Source: Bradymonadia bacterium (GTDB taxonomy: Bacteria > Myxococcota_A > Bradymonadia > UBA7976 > UBA1532). From it: DNA of 64,000 nucleotides. A program made the translations under genes and the position numbers. The notes under the pieces are model-generated. The model saw nothing but the letters and a program-made list of their open reading frames with translations, made no database searches and had not been told where the DNA came from. The stretch lies in NCBI GenBank assembly GCA_046290225.1, contig JBKAGE010000044.1, positions 34,431-98,430 of the forward strand. Direction: 5' to 3'. Positions 59,619 through 64,000 of this stretch are shown in pieces. Every line of letters starts with the position of its first letter. The stretch's first letter is position 1.

Positions 59619-59789
59619 TCAAACAGCCCGACAAGGCACTCTGTCCTCCTCTGACCCCCCTCATCACGCATTGCGTTCAGATGGATGATGTGTGGTGCAC
59701 CACACCAAAAAACACCTCTGCGCTTGAAACTTGCTCGGAGATCCACCATCCCTTTATCCGACACTCAGGTCGGAATATAGGGTTTTACA

Positions 59790-60953
59790 ATGGGCACCTC
59801 CCCTGCTGCAGTGCCGAAGGCCGGCGCCGCACCCCAACATCGTTGGGGGCAGCCCTCACCCACCATCACGCTGCCCGAGCCCTTCGAGATGCGTCATGGT
59901 GGCCTCTTGCCCCGAGTGCACATCGCCTACGAGACCTGGGGCACTCTGAATCCCGAGGGGAGCAACGCGCTTTTGCTCTTCACGGGGTTGTCGCCCAGAG
60001 CCCACGCCCGGTCATCGGCGGCGGATCCCTCTCCAGGTTGGTGGGAGGCCATGATCGGTCCCGGCCAGCCCATCGACACAGATCGCTGGTTCGTCGTCTG
60101 TGTGAACCATCTGGGCAGCTGCTTCGGATCTACAGGGCCGGCCTCACCGAGAGAGGCCGAGGTGGCCCACCTGCCTGGCCGGCCTCCCCGATGGGGGCTC
60201 GACTTCCCCGTACTCACCATCGAAGACATCGCCCGGGCCGCGCATGGTGCCCTCGAGGCGCTGAGCATCGAACGCCTCGGCGCGGTGGTCGGGCCCTCTA
60301 TGGGTGGCATGGTGGCGCTGGCCTATGCGCTGCAATACCCCGACGAGGTCGACGATCTGGTCCTCATCTCCTCTGCAGCGCACGCGTCTCCCTTCGCCAT
60401 TGCCGTGCACTCGCTGCAGCGCGAGTCGATCCGCTCTGATCCCGATTGGGCAGGGGGCCACTACGATCCGGCTCACCCACCACAACAAGGCATGCAGCTC
60501 GCCCGAAAGCTGGGCATGATCACCTACCGCTCTGCTCAAGAATGGGATACGCGCTTCGGTCGCGAGCGTACGGGGCAATGCCCGGACCAGCCTTTTGGCC
60601 CTGAGTTCGAGGTGGAGAGCTACCTCGACCATCACGCAGGCAAGTTCGTGGGGGCCTTTGATCCCAATTGCTACCTGTATCTCTCGAGGGCGATGGATCT
60701 CTTCGATGCCTCAGAGCACGGCGGGGATCTCGATCAGGCCATGGCGCGTCTGCAGATCAAACGGGCCCTCGTCGTCGGGGTGCACACCGACATCTTGTTC
60801 CCCCTCTCACAGCAGGAAGCCCTCGCCGATGCCATGCGGCGACAAGGTCACGATGTTCAGTGTGTGGCCCTGAACTCGATTCAAGGTCATGACGCCTTTC
60901 TCGTGGACATGGACCGCTTCCGCCCGGTGATCCACGGCTTCCTGAATCCGTGA
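59790..60953 (+). CDS. MetX-family O-acyltransferase, probably the serine O-acyl (succinyl) transferase subgroup
   Basis: YETWG.LN, TGLSP, GPSMGG, ITYRS, DILFP, GHDAFL motifs. Confidence 0.88.
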   Translation: MGTSPAAVPKAGAAPQHRWGQPSPTITLPEPFEMRHGGLLPRVHIAYETWGTLNPEGSNALLLFTGLSPRAHARSSAADPSPGWWEAMIGPGQPIDTDRWFVVCVNHLGSCFGSTGPASPREAEVAHLPGRPPRWGLDFPVLTIEDIARAAHGALEALSIERLGAVVGPSMGGMVALAYALQYPDEVDDLVLISSAAHASPFAIAVHSLQRESIRSDPDWAGGHYDPAHPPQQGMQLARKLGMITYRSAQEWDTRFGRERTGQCPDQPFGPEFEVESYLDHHAGKFVGAFDPNCYLYLSRAMDLFDASEHGGDLDQAMARLQIKRALVVGVHTDILFPLSQQEALADAMRRQGHDVQCVALNSIQGHDAFLVDMDRFRPVIHGFLNP

Positions 60954-61071
60954 ACCGGTCAATCTTGACAGGTTGACTCGGCTTTTCAGCCACCACTGCC
61001 CTGCCGTGGTATCTGGTTGTTCGAGGCCCTGATCGTCGGGGCTTCGAACAACCTCAGCTCAGGTCACGCTC

Positions 61072-61854
61072 ATGCTTCAGGGAAAGTCCGCCATCGTCAC
61101 CGGCTCGACGAGCGGCATCGGTCAGGGCATCGCCGCAGCCCTTGCCGGCGCCGGGGTCAACATCATGCTCAATGGCTTTGGCGACGCCGCTCAGATCGAG
61201 GCTGACCGCGTTGCCCTTTCTGAGGCGTCCGGGGTACAGGTGCGGTACAGCGACGCCGACATGACCCGCCCTGATCAAATCGAGCAGATGGTGGCCGAGG
61301 CTCAGGAAGCCTTTGGTGGGGTGGACATTCTGGTGAACAACGCCGGGATTCAATATGTGAGCCCCATCGAGGATTTCCCCACGGCAAAGTGGGACGCCAT
61401 CCTTGCCATCAACCTGTCGTCTGCATTTCACACCACGCGCTTGCTGCTCCCGACCATGAAAGAGCGCGGCTACGGCCGCATCATCAATTTGGCATCGGCC
61501 CACGGCCTTGTGGCGTCCCCCTACAAATCGGCCTATGTCGCCGCCAAGCACGGGATGGTGGGCCTCACCAAGACCGTGGCCCTCGAGGCGGCCCCCCACG
61601 GCGTCACCTGCAACGCGATCTGCCCGGGTTATGTGCGCACTCCTCTGGTGGAAAAACAGATCCCCAACACAGCGAAGGCACGGGGCATCACCGAGGAAGA
61701 GGTGGTCCGCGACGTCATGCTCGCCGCCCAGCCCACCAAGGCGTTCGTCACTGTAGAGCAGCTCGGCGCGCTGGCGGTGTTCTTGTGCTCAGAAGCTGGC
61801 GCATCGATCACCGGTACAACCCTGCCCGTGGACGGCGGGTGGACGGCGCAGTGA
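61072..61854 (+). CDS. bdhA: D-3-hydroxybutyrate dehydrogenase
   Basis: TGSTSGIG, NNAGIQYV, SAHGLVAS..KSAYVAAKHG, CPGYVRTPLVEKQI motifs. Confidence 0.93.
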   Translation: MLQGKSAIVTGSTSGIGQGIAAALAGAGVNIMLNGFGDAAQIEADRVALSEASGVQVRYSDADMTRPDQIEQMVAEAQEAFGGVDILVNNAGIQYVSPIEDFPTAKWDAILAINLSSAFHTTRLLLPTMKERGYGRIINLASAHGLVASPYKSAYVAAKHGMVGLTKTVALEAAPHGVTCNAICPGYVRTPLVEKQIPNTAKARGITEEEVVRDVMLAAQPTKAFVTVEQLGALAVFLCSEAGASITGTTLPVDGGWTAQ

Positions 61855-61897
61855 GACAGCATTCGGCCCACTGATCCCCTCGAATCTCTGTGGCCCA

Positions 61898-61931
61898 CAA
61901 AAATTCATGGGCACCTCTCGTGGAATTTTTG
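61898..61931. promoter_or_regulatory. Inverted repeat (CAAAAATTC-N16-GAATTTTTG), candidate activator site
   Basis: Perfect 9-bp arms about 65-95 bp upstream of a sigma54 box. Confidence 0.45.
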
Positions 61932-61993
61932 AATTTCCGACCCCCCTGAGGAAGGTGCTGACGCCGTTGTGCGGTTTTTGGGCTTTTTCGTTT

Positions 61994-62010
61994 TTGGCAC
62001 GCCCTGTGCT
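61994..62010 (+). promoter_or_regulatory. Sigma54 (-24/-12) promoter
   Basis: TTGGCACGCCCTGTGCT, 60 bp upstream of ATG 62070. Confidence 0.75.
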
Positions 62011-62069
62011 CATGGTCTCAGGTGTCACCGCGGCCCGGTAGAGCCGCCCCCAACCTCTGGAGATCACTC

Positions 62070-63182
62070 ATGTCTTTGTTGCTGACCCGCGCCGTTCGCG
62101 CCACCGTCTTCGTCTGTCTTTCCGCCGCCCTCACCGGCTGCCCCCTCATCGAAGAGGCCGAGAACCCCAACGTGGATCCTCAGCCGGAGCCTGCCTGTGA
62201 GGCCGGCACGACCCGCGACGCCGACGACGGCTGCAACACCTGTGTGTGCACGGATGATGGTCAGTGGGCCTGTACCGAGATGGCCTGCATTGATCCAGAG
62301 CCACGACCAGAGCCTCAACCCGAGCCCGCCTGTGAGGCTGGCACGACCCGTGACGCTGATGATGGTTGCAACACCTGTGTGTGTACCGACGATGGCTTCT
62401 GGGCCTGTACCGAGATGGCCTGTATTGATCCTGAGCCCGAGCCTGGTCCACCTCTCTGCGAAGAGGGCTCGATCCTCGTCGATGGCGAGTGCCGCTCCGG
62501 CTGCTACAGCGACGACGAGTGTGGCGCTGGCAGCTACTGCACTGCGGAGACTGAGTGTCTGGCTGATCCGAGCTGTCCTGAGTGTGCGGTCTGCTTCGGT
62601 TACTGCGCCCCGCTGGTCGGCCCCGAGCCGGAGCCCGAGCCTGACCACTGCGAGCCGGTGCTGTGCGAGATCTACTGTGAGTACGGCTTCGCCACGGATG
62701 AAGAGGGCTGCGCCATCTGCGCCTGCAACCCCGAGCCCGAGCCCCCGCTCTGCGAAGACGGCCCCAACCACGACTACATCGGCGACAGCGTCGAGGAGTG
62801 TGCCCTCATCGACTTCTTCTGCCCTGAAGGCGCCGAGTACTTCCAGAATGACTGCGGCTGCGGCTGTATCCTCCCTGAGGAGCCTGCGCCCGAGCCCGAG
62901 GAGTGTGTCTGCATCGAGATCTACGCCCCGGTGTGTGGTGCGGATGGCGTGACGTACAGCAACGACTGTCACGCGGAGTGTGCTGGCGTGGAGATCATCG
63001 CTGACGGCGAGTGCCTCGATCCGACCCCTCAGCCCGAGCCCGAGCCAGAAGAGTGCGCTTGCCCCCTCGTCTACGCCCCGGTCTGCGGTGAAGATGGTCA
63101 GGTCTACGGCAATGCCTGCGAGGCGGAGTGTGCTGGGGTGGGCATCATCGACGACGGGATGTGCGACATCCGCGCGGAGTAG
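62070..63182 (+). CDS. Cys-rich lipoprotein with 2 pacifastin, 1 antistasin and 2 Kazal protease-inhibitor domains
   Basis: LTGC lipobox; CNTCVC..G.W.CTEMAC x2; CEIYCEYGFATDEEGCAICAC; C...YAPVCG.DG..Y.N.C.AEC x2; (EP)n linkers. Confidence 0.88.
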   Translation: MSLLLTRAVRATVFVCLSAALTGCPLIEEAENPNVDPQPEPACEAGTTRDADDGCNTCVCTDDGQWACTEMACIDPEPRPEPQPEPACEAGTTRDADDGCNTCVCTDDGFWACTEMACIDPEPEPGPPLCEEGSILVDGECRSGCYSDDECGAGSYCTAETECLADPSCPECAVCFGYCAPLVGPEPEPEPDHCEPVLCEIYCEYGFATDEEGCAICACNPEPEPPLCEDGPNHDYIGDSVEECALIDFFCPEGAEYFQNDCGCGCILPEEPAPEPEECVCIEIYAPVCGADGVTYSNDCHAECAGVEIIADGECLDPTPQPEPEPEECACPLVYAPVCGEDGQVYGNACEAECAGVGIIDDGMCDIRAE

Positions 63183-63758
63183 TCAGAGCGATTCGGTCTG
63201 CATGAACACGGCAAAGTGCTGGACCGACAAGAAGAAGGTGTTGAAGAACTCCTGCACCCCCTCCTGAGTCACCCCGCCCTCCAAATCGAGATCGGCTTCC
63301 AAGACGGCATCGCCGGATGGGTCGAGATACGCCCTGCTGAACCGCCGCCTCTGATTCCACTCGTTGGTCCGCTGCAATGTGGGACGGGCCTTGAAGGCGG
63401 AGAGCATGCCCAATGATTTTCCATGGTTGACGAGCAAATGCCGAAAGCCCTTGGCTTCGACGACATAGGTGCCTGCTCTCAATTTGGTGAACCCGAGCTG
63501 GGCGCCATTGAGGAACTTCTCGAGCTCGTCATTGCTCATCTGCCGCATGATGCTGGCCTGCCTGGCGGCGACCTTGGCATTGGGCTCTGAGGGCCCTTTG
63601 CACTGCCCCATGATGGTCAAGTAGTCGTTGGTGAGGTTCCTGAAGTCACTGTTGCACTGCTCAAGGGCCTGCTGTTGCTGTTGAGCCCCACCACACCCCG
63701 AGAGGGCCAACACAACCAGAATCGACATGCTCTGCCACCTGGCCCATCTCTGCTTCAT
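63183..63758 (-). CDS. Lipoprotein with YbjN-like C-terminal domain
   Basis: LSGC lipobox; NEWNQRRRFSRAYLD...LEADLDLEGGVT motif. Confidence 0.78.
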   Translation of the reverse strand: MKQRWARWQSMSILVVLALSGCGGAQQQQQALEQCNSDFRNLTNDYLTIMGQCKGPSEPNAKVAARQASIMRQMSNDELEKFLNGAQLGFTKLRAGTYVVEAKGFRHLLVNHGKSLGMLSAFKARPTLQRTNEWNQRRRFSRAYLDPSGDAVLEADLDLEGGVTQEGVQEFFNTFFLSVQHFAVFMQTESL

Positions 63759-64000
63759 GCTTCCACCTTTCACCGACACCTATCTTCATGATGCGAGCCA
63801 GAGGGTAAAGGAATCAAGCTCCGGCGATTGCTCCGCCACTACGGCGGCGTCAGCCGTCGTGAGGCCCACGATTTCACGCACGGGGGTCACGAAAAACCAC
63901 TCGCCGTAGCCTCCGGCTCTGATCGTCCTACACATCTTTTGGTGTAGTGGTGGATTGGTTAGCGGCGAGCCAGCCCAGCTCGAACATGAGGATTTTTTCG

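Noticed and set aside
63786..64000. Minus-strand frame open to the window edge
   Set aside because: Short, with no recognisable motif; cannot be supported without the adjacent sequence.

Overview
GC-rich bacterial chromosomal window. The many lipoproteins, Ser/Thr kinase, sigma54 promoters and Cys-rich secreted proteins suggest a Myxococcota-like delta-proteobacterium (inference). It holds about 45 genes: an outer-membrane protein/adenylate cyclase/kinase signalling cluster, a redox/detoxification region, an orphan amino-DNA methyltransferase, a PARG-type macrodomain fusion, many secreted proteins, TerB-family genes and some housekeeping enzymes. I saw no integrase, transposase, CRISPR array or rRNA. 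Two things stand out. (1) A ~5,200-aa secreted protein (40543-56130) has 77 RCC1-type blades by manual count, arranged 1 + 9x3 + 7 + 9x4 + 6. This implies eleven 7-bladed propellers nested like Russian dolls, each intermediate propeller built from 3 outgoing and 4 returning blades, with matched triplications in both arms. (2) A sigma54-driven, RNA-only operon (about 6680-7100) encodes two tRNAs with non-canonical identity elements (Asn with G1:C72; His with U-1/U1:A72/A73), separated by G-tracts and hairpins. Other notable items are a pacifastin/antistasin/Kazal mosaic inhibitor with mostly Glu P1 residues, a candidate beta-pore-forming lipoprotein and a decayed TetR pseudogene. All domain calls come from motif recognition by eye; no database searches were run.
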